From: Selaginella moellendorffii
Taxonomy: Eukaryota; Plantae; Lycopodiophyta
Direction: 5' to 3'
DNA length: 64,000 bases
Assembly: GCF_000143415.4 (NCBI RefSeq)
Contig: NW_003314269.1
Coordinates: 3,217,060-3,281,059, forward strand
A program made the translations under genes and the position numbers. Under the pieces are notes generated by a model that searched no databases, was not told the origin of the DNA, and worked only from the letters and a program-made list of their open reading frames with translations. Shown here in pieces: positions 48,701-60,029 of the stretch; within the stretch, counting starts at the first letter, position 1, and every line of letters begins with the position of its first letter.

Positions 48701-50158
48701 TTTGTCATTTGTCACCTATGGCTATTTCTTATTGGAACAACTGTTTTTTATTTTAAATAAATTCTTTTACAACCTTAGGTGATCCAAAATGTAAAAAGTA
48801 TCTTTTTGAGTGTGGGATTTATATATATAATTAATAATTTTGATTTTCTTATTCCAGATTCTTTATTCTTTTTAGGAAGAAGATTGATGGCCAGAACTAG
48901 ACAACTTCCATATAACCCTCTTTTATTGCATGACACAAAACTAATAGCACAAGTAGATATGGAGGAAGGTGAAAAAGTGGCAAAAGTATTATATGTTACT
49001 ATGGAGATTGTAAAAGAAGTGGTATTAAATATCGAGAATGCAAAAGAAGCAACTCTTCTAGTGCAAGATGATGTATCAGGTGTAATGATCATTTCTTTTA
49101 TATATATATGTATATATAAAAGGAAGAGTGACCTATTTTTGGCTATGTGATACTAAGTAAGTTTGAAATCTAGTTCATCAATAACCTCAAGAATTTCACA
49201 GTCCATTTTCCCCTTCACTTTTTTCTTTCCTTTTCTTTTGTCGTTTTGTTTTGCCATTCTTGCAATAGTTATTAACTCTTGGAGGGAAGATAAAATATTC
49301 TTCTCAGTTGTATAATGAGGGTGAAATATCAACTCTTCCATACTCATAATCTCATCATTTTTCTTTTCATATTTCTTTGTTTCACTTCCACATTTGGGTG
49401 AAAGAACTTCAAGAAGGCATAACATACTTCGTTTGTTGGCACTGGGTCATAACATTTGCAACTTAAAGGATCAAACATCATTTAGCTTCTGGAATTTTCT
49501 AGTGGTGTTTGTGTTTCTTAGCTTTGCAAAGAACACAGAAGGTGTCGTATATGGCCTGACTATTAGCAATTCTTTTTCATGCAGAGGGCTCAATCACATT
49601 CTTTGTCCCACCATTGCAATCTAGGAAAGCATCCAGTTGGGGTGGTGGGAGTGAACTGAGAAATACTCCTGTGCTACTGTGTGAGCATGTCGATCAGTCA
49701 GCTGACCTCAATATCAGGGGTCGTGGGCAGTGCATTCCAGAGCTCTTGGACTTGCTGGGCAAAGTCGGGCACCCATGCTGGCATGACTCGGTCGTGACCA
49801 CAGCGAGTTCTGCTTGTCGACAGGAGTGTTGTACGCAGTACATGCATCCCAGTCAGACATGAGGGGGCCAGGAACTCTTGGTCAAAGACTAGTTTGGCTG
49901 ACCAGGATGTAATCGTTCGTACTGCTCCCGTTCCATGTGCGGCACCTCAGGTGGCTCATTGTGTACCAATGTAGAGTTGGGAGGCGCCGTTAGTCATGTG
50001 GATGTCCTCCGCTGCTGCCCGGTTCGAGGAGCCCTTCCGCTGTTGTGAGTTGAGCCTGCGAAGTCCGTTGCAATACTAAAAACTTTTAATTGCCCATCCA
50101 GCCTCACTGGCTTGATCGGTTAGTGTATAGTTTTATCTTAAGAGTAACATTCCACGAA

Positions 50159-51358
50159 CTAGAGAGTAGAATTTAGCTGCTCAACCAAAGTCCCACCCAT
50201 ATCCATAACCCACGCCTTGTCCACCAGTGGAATCAGCTCTCTGCGAGGAAAGAAAATAAGATCCAAGCACTAATCACGCAAGTTTACCGCAGATCATGGC
50301 TCACAACGAGCAACGTCCTCTCCTTCTTCAAGTTGTTCAGAAGCTTCACTATCTCGGATCGTGATTGCCAATCTACAGCCACAGCATTAAAGAATTCCAA
50401 GGTGGCCACAAACATCATACCCAGGCCAGCGAGCGGCTCATCCAGCAGCAGCAGCTCTGGCATGCGGACCTGCAACAAAAAGAGAAGGACAAGAAACGTA
50501 GTCCTCGTGAGCAGCGGTGAAATCACAGGTTACCAGTTGCACAGCGAGTGCTAATCGTCGCTTGAATCCATCGCTCAAAGCTCGAGGATTGGTGTTCCAA
50601 GATATGCTGGCGAGACCAGTCTGTGCACGTCCATAAAGCTTAATGAGAGAAGAAACGAGATTCTTACGGCAGCTACAGCGGCTTGCACGCGCATTGCTAG
50701 CAGTTGTCTGGAGAAAAAGTCCTCTTTTTTGCTTGGCCACCCGAAGCTTAGCTCTTCCAGGATGGAATCCGTGAGAAAGTACCTGCGAGGATCAATCAAG
50801 TTGTCAATTTCATTTGTAAGCTTTGAAAAGACGTACAACCTCTCAGGAAACTGGAAAACCAGGCCCACTTTGGCTGTGAGGCTGACTGTGGTGTCCCCTT
50901 TTGTGCCGCCTAAAACGATGGAGCCTTGTGTGGGCGACGCCAGGCCGGCTAACATCTGTGTGTGAAAGTGGTGAGGACCAAATGCAAAAACGCTCAAGAA
51001 ACAAAGAGAGATACCTGAAGCAATGTTGTCTTGCCACTACCGCTTCTTCCAGTGATCAATCCTAGCCTGCAAGAACAATCCTAGGAAAGTCACGAGCCTC
51101 GAAACTTTGATATACCTCTTTTCGGGAAGCGAGAAGCTCACGTTGTTTAAAATGGTGGCTTCGGTCCCGGGAGGCTTGAAGCTCACTCTTTTCACCTGCA
51201 AAGAAACAGACACACGGAAGACAAAGCTAAGCCAAGCACGAAGAAGAACGAAGGAGAAATCCCCATCACGAGTCTTTCACCTGGAGATAATCCGAATGGC
51301 ACGCAGCAGCGCTCCAGCAGCACAAGAATCGCTCGCCAGAGCTCGCAATGGGCGCCAT
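50159..51358 (-). CDS. ABCI11: ABC transporter I family member 11 (NAP14-like soluble NBD)
   Basis: 'VSFKPPGTEATILNNVSFSLPEK..GLITGRSGSGKTTLLQ|MLAGLASPTQG..VGLVFQFPER|YF..LSDGFKRRLALAVQL..LLLLDEPLAGL|DWQSR..LLVVSHDL..VDKAWVMDMGG'. Confidence 0.92.
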
Positions 51359-51469
51359 TGCTTGCCACAAACCTAGATTAGGGCTCCTGCAGAAATATTC
51401 TAGCGGGAAGTCGCTAGATCGACGCTCATGCAGTGAAAATCCAGTGCGATGGGATGCATACGCGATGTG

Positions 51470-52411
51470 TGAGGATTCACAGAGCTAGGAGGTGAGAGAG
51501 TCACACCCCCCAGAATCAACACAAAGATCGCTGCTCATGGATCCCGCGCGCCTGCAAGACGAGATAGATCAAAGCACAGCCAAAGAGCTCGATGCGTGCG
51601 AGGCTTGCAATTGACTCTCAAAGCTAGGAGCTGAGGGAATCACACCTCCCAGAGCTCAGAGAATCAAAGGCAAGCCTCACAAAGATCGCTGCTCCTTGAT
51701 CCCGCGCGCCTGCAAGACGAGATAGATCAAAGCACAGCCAAAGATCTCGATGCGTGCGAGGCTTGCAATTGACTCTCAAAGCTAGGAGCTGAGGGAATCA
51801 CACCTCCCAGAGCTCAGAGAATCAAAGGCAAGCCTCACAAAGATCGCTGCTCCTGGATCCCGCGCGCCTGCAAGACGAGATCAAAGAACAGCCAAAGATC
51901 TCGATGTGTGCAGAGCTCGGTGGTGAGGGAATCACACTTCCGAGAGCTCAGAAAATCAAAGGCAAGCCTCACAAGTCCTGGATCCCGCGCCTGCAAGACG
52001 AGATCAAAGAACAGCCAAAGATCTCGATGTGTGTGAGTAGGAGGTGAGGGAATCACACCTCCCAGAGCTCAGAGAATCAAAGGCAAGCCTCACAAAAGAT
52101 CGGTGCTCCTGGATCCCGTGCGCTTGCAAGCAAGCATCAGGACGGCGATGTGTGTAGGACAACTAAGAGGTGAGAGATCACACCTCCTAGAGCTCCGAGA
52201 ATCTCACAACGAACGATCGGTGCCACTGGATCATGCGCCCGCAAGCAAACACCAAGCACAGCCAGAGATCGCAGGGAATGTGATGAAATCGAGGAAGATA
52301 GATCCGAAAGAACTATCGATGGAAGATGAGACGATCGGTCGCGCAAACACCAAGAACAGCCAGAGATCGCAGGGAATGTGACGAAATCGAGACTATCGAT
52401 GGAAGATGAGA
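51470..52411. repeat. 158-bp tandem repeat array (~5-6 progressively degenerate units) plus a terminal ~90-100-bp duplication
   Basis: 'acaaagatcgctgctc' at 51521, 51679 and 51837 (period 158). Shorter units at ~51971 and ~52092. 'gcaaacaccaag.acagccagagatcgcagggaatgtga.gaaatcgag' at 52244 and 52343. Confidence 0.92.
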
Positions 52412-52592
52412 AGATAGGAAGGCTTGTGGCAGGGAATGGAGAAATAGCACTTGCAAAGACGGAAAGAAAAATGAAAAGAGCATAATAGCGTGCACAACAT
52501 ACACATGGCACATGGTAGGGGGCCCAGGCACACGATTTGTGACGTACGAATAAAATGCCAGTTTCTTTGATCTTTTAACACTGATTGAGCAT

Positions 52593-54449
52593 ATGCCAGA
52601 TGCCGCTTCCAGATCCCGGGACTCCCTGCTAGCTTCACACTGCAGAACTGGGGATCTAGGGCAAGCGAGCAAGCTCTTTGGAGCCTTCAGTCCATGGCAA
52701 TGGAATCTCCAGGCATGGAAAACGCTGCTAACCGCATATACCCGCTTCGGGCATCTGAGGGATGCCAAGATGCTGTTTGATGGCATGCCTCTGCGCGATG
52801 TCGCGAGCTGGAACCTGCTGATGGCGGCGTACTCGCGAAACGGGCAGATGGATCAGGCCAGGAAGTTATTCGAAGGGAATCCGGAGACAGACTTGGCTTC
52901 GTGGAATTTGATGATTTGCGCAAATGCCTCAAACGGGCATTATTCCGATGCCAAGCGCCTCTTTCAAAGAATGCCTTTGCGGAGTTTGAGTACATGGAAT
53001 GCCATGCTATCTGCAGAAATTTGCCTCGAAAACGCCGTGGCTTTCTTTGAGACTTTCCCTGAGCGGGACCTGATCACGTGGACGGCCATGCTGACGTGGT
53101 ATACCCAAACTGGGCATATGCCGGACGCAAAGAGGACGTTTCACCAAATGCCGGCTAGGGATCTGATTACGTGGAGTGCCATGCTGGCGGGATACTCGCG
53201 ACTTGGACATGCCGAATCAGCAAGGTTTGTCTTCGAATCCATGCCACAGCACAATCTCATAACTTGGAATGAGATGCTAAGCGCATATGCCCGGTGTGGG
53301 CATCTTGATTTGGCCCAGACACTGTTTAGGAATATGCCACTACAAGATCACGTCACTTGGAACTCATTGCTGGCGGCATATGTTCAGAGCGGAAAGATTC
53401 TAGATGCCAAGGCAATGTTTCAGAATATGCCGCAACACAGCCTGGTATCTTGGAACACCATGTTATCAGCCTATGCCCAAAGCGGGTATACCATAGAGGC
53501 CAGGCGCACTTTCGAGTCCATGGCCTATCACAGCCTAGTGACGTGGAATGCTATGCTTTCAGCCTACAGTGGATTGGGCTGTGTGAAAGAGACTAGCGAG
53601 ATCTTTCAGAACATGCCAGCAAAAGACCTGCTGACGTGGACGGCTGTGGTTGCTTCGTATTGTCAGGCTGGGCACCTTGAATATGCCAAGTCATTGTTTG
53701 ACTCGATGCCTGAAAGGGACCTCCAATCGTGGACTGCGTTGGCAGCGGCATATGCTCGTGCTGGGCATCTTGAAGATGCAGATTCCCTAGTGAGAAAAAT
53801 GCCCGGTCAAGACGTGGTTTCTCACACGGCAGTTTGCTCCGCATATTCCCAGTCTGGGAATCTCGGAGCCTCAAAGATCTTGTTTGATCAAATGCCGGCG
53901 AGGAACGAGGTGACGTGGACTGCCATGGTGGCGGCATATGCCCAGAACGGGCATCTGGAATCCGGGAGGCGAATCTTCGTCTCCATGCCTGAGAGGGATC
54001 TCATCTCGTGGAGGACGATGCTTCTGGGGCTGGCGGAGAACGAGCGGCCGCACGAAACCCTAGCGGAGTTCAATCGCATGAAGCTGAGATTCTCGCCGCA
54101 AGAGCCCTGTTTCATCATCGTCCTCCTGGCGATCGGCCAGATCGGCGACGCGCGCCTGGGAATCGAGCAATTCCTGTGCATGAGGATGGATTATGGGGTG
54201 AATCCCATCAAGCAGCACTTCTCCTGCGTTGTGGATGTGCTCGCGAGGGCCGGATACCTGGAAGAAGCGCTCGATCTCCTCGAAAACATGCCATTCGTGC
54301 CCGACGCGCTGGATTGGACGTGCCTGCTCGCTGCGACGCGATTCTACAAGCACTCGATCGGGGACGCCGCGAAACGCGTCCTCCATCTTCATCCCCGGAA
54401 TGGCGCGGGCTACATTCTCGTCTCCAACGTCTTCACGCAAGAGCCCTAA
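52593..54449 (+). CDS. PLS-class PPR protein with long run of 31-aa (S/SS) motifs and C-terminal E domain, no DYW
   Basis: Repeats 'MPxRDLxxWxAMLxAYxxxGHxxxAxxxF' at 31-aa period. C-terminus 'YGVNPIKQHFSCVVDVLARAGYLEEALDLLENMPFVPDALDWTCLLAA..GYILVSNVF'. Intronless. Confidence 0.95.
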   Translation: MPDAASRSRDSLLASHCRTGDLGQASKLFGAFSPWQWNLQAWKTLLTAYTRFGHLRDAKMLFDGMPLRDVASWNLLMAAYSRNGQMDQARKLFEGNPETDLASWNLMICANASNGHYSDAKRLFQRMPLRSLSTWNAMLSAEICLENAVAFFETFPERDLITWTAMLTWYTQTGHMPDAKRTFHQMPARDLITWSAMLAGYSRLGHAESARFVFESMPQHNLITWNEMLSAYARCGHLDLAQTLFRNMPLQDHVTWNSLLAAYVQSGKILDAKAMFQNMPQHSLVSWNTMLSAYAQSGYTIEARRTFESMAYHSLVTWNAMLSAYSGLGCVKETSEIFQNMPAKDLLTWTAVVASYCQAGHLEYAKSLFDSMPERDLQSWTALAAAYARAGHLEDADSLVRKMPGQDVVSHTAVCSAYSQSGNLGASKILFDQMPARNEVTWTAMVAAYAQNGHLESGRRIFVSMPERDLISWRTMLLGLAENERPHETLAEFNRMKLRFSPQEPCFIIVLLAIGQIGDARLGIEQFLCMRMDYGVNPIKQHFSCVVDVLARAGYLEEALDLLENMPFVPDALDWTCLLAATRFYKHSIGDAAKRVLHLHPRNGAGYILVSNVFTQEP

Positions 54450-54638
54450 GTGCATTTAATGGGATTCGAACCTCACACCGCCGGCGCGAGGATATTCTAA
54501 GGTGCCCTAAAAAGGATTTCACATTATTGCCTTATTGCCCCTGTTATGTTATCTGCCCTTCGTCCTTCGTGAGAGAAGAGGGGGGCATCAATATAAACAC
54601 TGCAGAGCAAGGGTTTTTGTTTTTTCGTGGTCTCAGCT

Positions 54639-57467
54639 ATGGAGGTGTCGTCAATAACGCCATCGTCGCTCGTCGGATCCTCAGGCGCTACCACAGATTT
54701 GGGGGGAGTGAGCCTCCGGCCTGGCGGCGGCCGAGGGTTTCCGAGGTTTGGGACCAGCAACGGTGCCCCCGGCGATGCAGCTGGAGGATTCTTGGGGCCG
54801 GGAGGGAGGACGCCCTCCGGATTCGTCTTCCGACCCGCTCCAGCCAAGGTATTGTTGCATGCTCGCCGCAATTAGGTCTGCTCGGGAGCTGGATCGCAGC
54901 GCCGATCTGTGCATTCTCTGCGTGATATGACCGATTGTCTTGTGTAGGAGTCGAGGAAGGCCGATTGGGAAAAGCTGCGGTACACAAGGGAGGACTTATT
55001 GCAGTATCAAGAGGTCTGTGCTACTTGTGCTCGCTGCGCAATCGCGGAATTTATCATCGCTGTGCAGATCTGTCGCGATGCTACATCGGAGATTTTGAGC
55101 TTGGTCGCTGAGGTGAATTCCAGCTTGAGCGAGGAACAAGAATGGAGCCGTCTGGACACAATGGTAATGCGTTTGGCTTTGTCTATGCCTCTGTAAGATG
55201 GAGAGTTTTTTTTTACCAGCCCCAGAGACCGGTGGAAACTGATAAAAGAGATTGGCGTACACGCAGTACCTCGGAAGACAAGGTGTCGCTTGTGGACTAC
55301 TCCAAAGAGAGAGCGTCGAGCCAGTTCAATGCGCGACAGCCACCTCCGGTATGGCATTTAAATCAGAAATCTCCTCTAAGAGCTTGTTTATTACCAGAAC
55401 GACCGGCAGGCAGCTCCTCCAATAGTGAAGGCAGCTAATCCTTGGGTCCGGAGGGGATCACAGTCTGAGGAGGAGCGGGTGTTTAGAACGGTCAAGGGGT
55501 ATCGATCGCTTTCCTGATTCTCTTGCGTGGATTCTCACCCCTTTTTTTTCTCAGAATATTGAACAAGTTGACACCTGAAAAGTATGACGTGTTGCTGGAA
55601 CAATTGTTGCAAGCTGGCATTGATACTGCTGAGAAGCTCAAGGTAAGGCTTTCAATTTCGGCGATATATTTGGTGTTCACTGTTTCCTATTGCTTTCTTG
55701 CTGCAGGGAGTTATCTCGTTAATCTTCGACAAGGCTGTTGCAGAGCCGACATTCTGTCCCATGTATTCACAACTATGTGTACATTTGAGCACTACCTTGC
55801 AAGAATTTCCTTCTTCCGAGCCGGGAGAGAAGCCTACGACCTTTCGTCGGATTCTGCTGAACACTTGCCAGGAAGAATTTGAAGGCGCCGCTGCATTACG
55901 TGCTGAAGTGAAAGAAATGCGATCGCCTGAGCAAGAACTTGAACGCATGGACAAAGAAAGAAAGGTTAAACTACGCACACTTGGGAACATTCGATTTATT
56001 GGCGAGCTTTTCAAGCAAAGGATGATCCCCGAGAAGATCGTGCACGCTTGCATTATGGTGAGTTGTGAAATTATGGTTATAACGTGTAACTTCTTCATAA
56101 TTTCAGGAGTTACTTGGACCGGATCGGACTGCTATTCCTGTTGAAGAAAATATCGAAGCACTTTGCCAGCTTTTTGCGACTGTTGGAAAGCAAGTTGAGG
56201 AAAACTTGAAGTCCCGATCGTCGCTGGACGAATATTTCCGGAGAATGAAAGAGTTGGGTAACAACAAGAACCTGCCTTCGAGATTGCGGTTCATGGTCCG
56301 CGACGTATTGGATCTGCGTAGCAACAAGTGGATTCCAAGACGAGAAGAGGTATGCTGTGTTTACTCCACCTTGTGTTTCAGGCTTTTAACTATCCCCATC
56401 TTTCCCAGATAAAAGCAAAGACCATAAACGAAATTCACGCGGAAGCAGAGCAGAAACTCGGGATACGTTCGAGAAACGGAAGGCCCGGGAGTGCCATAAA
56501 CAAGGATTCATCGTTCATGCCAGCGGGTCGGTTGATGCCTGGTGCACCCATGCCCGGTGCTCCTGGAGCGCCTGGGGGGCCTCCTCGTTCAATGGGAATA
56601 GACCCCGATGGTCCTTGGGAAATGGCTGGACCCAAGAAGAGTAAGCAGCGAGAAGCGGCGGCAGCGGCGGCAGCGATGTCCTATCAGTCGGCAAACATTC
56701 CCGGCCGCGTCCCGGGTAGACAACAAAGGGTGCTACCACAGGCAAGTTCGGTATTCTTGGGGAAGTCTAGTCCGCTGCTCGGGACCGGGGGTCCAACGGC
56801 CGAAGCGCCACCAGCGGCTCCAAAGCCAGCTCCGGCTCCAGCTCCGACTCCAGCTCCAGCTCCTCCGGTTATCAGTGAAGAGCGAGCCGCGACGCCATCT
56901 CCATCATCGGCCATACTGAACAAGAAGTCTGAGTCGCTACTGGAGGAGTACTTCAGCATCATGGACTTGACGGAGGCAACGCTGTGCATCCAGGAGATGA
57001 AGTCTCCGGACTATCATCCACAGTTCGTCCAGGTTGCCGTGACACTGGCGCTGGAGAAGCGCGACAGGGAGCGCGAGCTCCTCTTCAAGCTCTTCAACCA
57101 TCTCCATGCGCAGGGGGTGGTGACGGAGGCGCAGCTCGCGTCGGGGCTGATGCTTCTAGCCGAGCAGCTGGACGAGACCGCTATCGACAGTCCCATGGCG
57201 CCCAAACAGATTGGCCAGCTCGTTGCGGCGCTCGCGACGTCGCGAGCTTTGCAGCTGAAGATCTTGCCGGGGATTCTGGAGAAGGTCCAGGACGAGTATG
57301 TCCGGCGCCAGGTGCTCGAGGCGGTGCTCAAGGATCTCAAGTCCAGAGATGGCGGTGACAAGGTGATGGTCTCGGCCAGGAGCGATTTGAAGAGCTGCGT
57401 CAAGCTCTTGAACGAAGAGGAGGAGGCGCTAATGCAGACCCTACAGAGGGAAGGGATATCTATCTAA
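54639..57467 (+). CDS. eIFiso4G: Eukaryotic translation initiation factor iso4G (MIF4G + MA3)
   Basis: N-terminal 'SLRPGGG', eIF4E-binding '[11 protein letters not shown]', MIF4G '[65 protein letters not shown]' and MA3 '[15 protein letters not shown]'. Confidence 0.96.
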
Positions 57468-59458
57468 GTTTATGGGCGAGTGGTGCACAGGTGAGTTTTG
57501 GTCTATTTTTTATCTTTATAATTTTCTTTTTTCTTTTTGGTTTTTCTTGCAAAAGGCAAAGTGTAGCTATGTCTTTTGAACCGGTTTCCTTTTTTCTTTT
57601 CGCTTTGGAGAGAACAAAAAAAGAACAAAAGCGGAATTTTCGTTTGATATAGTAATACTATACATTATTATTAAGAGGTAGTTAGAGTGTAGAGTCCTAA
57701 CGCATAATTATTTTGATTAATCTGCATTAAAACCGTTAAATCCCAATCTAATTAGAGAAAACTTATCAGAAATTTAAACTTATAATTTCTCCTTTTTTTA
57801 ATAGACATCCATGGTAAAGTAAAGCTTAAATCTATACAAGGAAAACCATTGTGTTCATCCCCTTTGAAAAGTAATATTGATCTCAGTCTGTTAAGGGTTT
57901 TAGTTGGGTTGGAGTTCTATGAATGTCTACTCCTTATACAAGTTAATTTTTTTAAAAAAAATAAGTAGAAAGAAACATTAATATTAATTTATAGAGAAAA
58001 ATTAGAAAATGGTATTAAGAATATGTTGACTGATACCTGAAACTGTTTCAAAACAGAATAAATCTAACTATGGTTTGTTTTGAAAGATTTATTCTAAAGT
58101 GAAAATAATATTTCTCAATAATTAAGATTTAATTTTAGAAGATCATAGTAATTTTCTATGCTGTGTAGCAAGTAGCAACACTTGTTTTGCTTTTGAGTTT
58201 TTATATTTTTGTAGTTTAATAAGTTATCTATTTCAGTAAGCATTAGTTTTTGGTAGGTTATATCTTCTGGACTTTTCTCCAATACCTTTCATAAGTGGTA
58301 TACTTGCATAAAGATAAAATTTACAATTTTTTAAAATTATATAAGATGGTAAAGCAATCATATGCTCTAGTTTTTCCCATTCCAAATGCTAACCTACAAA
58401 ATAAGAGGTTTCAGGCACACTTCCAAAGAAAGAAGTGCCTACATAAAAACCTAATGTGAAAGTCTTTGAGTAACAAGAAATTTAAAGTTCAGATTATCTT
58501 ACACCCTTTACCATATGATTGCTCCATATTGGGAGTTGAGCCAGGGGAAGCAATACATGTTTTTGCTAGAGCTCCTTTGGCTCAACTTGATTCTCAAGAG
58601 CAATTAGTCATGGACAAGGACTTAAGCCAATAGGTATAATGCCGGTAAGAGAGCAGAAGGAGCTTGAAGGAAGGGTGCATCGAAAGGATGATGGCATAGC
58701 CATTTTGGTGATGTATTGGTACATTATAAATTTTGGTTAATATACTAACTTCATGTATATTTAGATTACAAGGCTGTACACCTTCTAAAAGGTACTAAAG
58801 CAATTGTTTTTTCAATTTTGTAATGTCCGAAGCACATGAAAATATTTACTAAAGGAAATGTTTCTTTAAAGTTTAGGCAATATCCTAAAATATGCTTGAA
58901 TATTTTAGGTATAATTTATCTTCTACCCTTTATTGCCATTAACTTTTGAGTTAAAACCTTCGACTCCTAAAAACAAAGTATGAGTGTTGGCTTTGCCAAC
59001 TACCCAACATTTGCTGGGCAAATACCAGTATAGTGATAATTCTGGTCATATATATAATGGATATCTGTCGGTGATCCTCTTGTTCATTTGTTGAAAGTAA
59101 AGAATAGAATCAAAATAATGACACGAGTCGCTAGTGCTCAACCCCTTTAAAATATTTCTCTTCTATCTCAAGGTCTTATTCAATGTGTCAATAGCTAAAG
59201 CAATCTATTTAATCTTCCGTCGAAAAAGTGTAAACTTGGAGTACTAATCCATGACTTCAAACTTTCAAAGTCTAGGAGGCCCTTGAATAATTCATTGGAA
59301 TCGATAACGAATAAAACTATGTACTGGTAAAATCGGCATCCCACGGCCAAGATCACCTTAACTCAACGGTGGAAGGTATGTACACGTCGGTCCATCTTTT
59401 TCTCATCTTTCCCGTTGGTTTTAAAGCTGATTCGCTTCCAGCTTGAGCGACGAAGGCG

Positions 59459-59480
59459 AGAGAGAGAGAGAGAGAGAGAG
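59459..59480 (+). promoter_or_regulatory. (GA)n tract upstream of the AP2 gene (possible BBR/BPC site)
   Basis: Perfect GA repeat ~560 bp upstream of the ATG. Function is inferred only. Confidence 0.35.
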
Positions 59481-60029
59481 GCGAGTGAGCGAGCGGGCAT
59501 CTCTTTCTTGACAGCGATCTGCGGCCACTGCGCGCAGCGCAATCGCAGCGCCTGCGCCGTCGCGGTGGTACTACCGTTTCTTTCTCGTCTTTCTCTTTCC
59601 CTGACAATCGGGCGCCTGGAAATCGATAGGTTTTGTCACGGTTCTCGAATTCCACCTCGGAAGATCGATATTTCGCGATATTTCGGGGTTGAGTCGCTTT
59701 GGCGCTGGAAAATTATGGTCGCGAAATCCCGTGATCTCATAGTTTTCTCTACAACAACGTCAACAATGACCGCTCGCGTGAGAACTCCGCAGGGTTTGAA
59801 CGTTCTCTTCTTCTGGCGCCCAATGGGAGGTACTAGAGAATCGACCGCGGCTATCTGGTAACCCAGAGCTTTTAAAGCTATCTCTATCTACCTATCTATC
59901 TATCTATCTATTAGCTATATAGCTACAAGAGAGAAAATTTGCTATATTATAGGTGGTTTCCAAGCTTAAAGCATAGAAATAGTACTAAAAATCCTCACCA
60001 GATCTTGGCTCAAGTGCTACGATATCGTC

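Noticed and set aside
48779-49425. Convergent AT-rich ORFs of 90-123 aa
   Set aside because: No motifs or clear gene structure. Probably TE debris.
51470-52411. 158-bp array as CRISPR-like or protein-coding (ORFs 51835-52056, 52103-52381)
   Set aside because: Whole units are repeated with no spacers, and the ORFs are by-products of the repeat.
1-57467. Apparent cluster of translation/quality-control genes (PABP, HEL2, BAG6, eIFiso4G)
   Set aside because: They are spread over 57 kb among unrelated genes. This is expected by chance in a gene-dense housekeeping region, with no operon-like evidence.
58480-58730. Exon-like GC-richer patch in AT-rich DNA (PYDCSILGVEPGEAIHVFARAPL..)
   Set aside because: Short, stop-interrupted and not recognisable, so it cannot be called a gene or pseudogene without a search.
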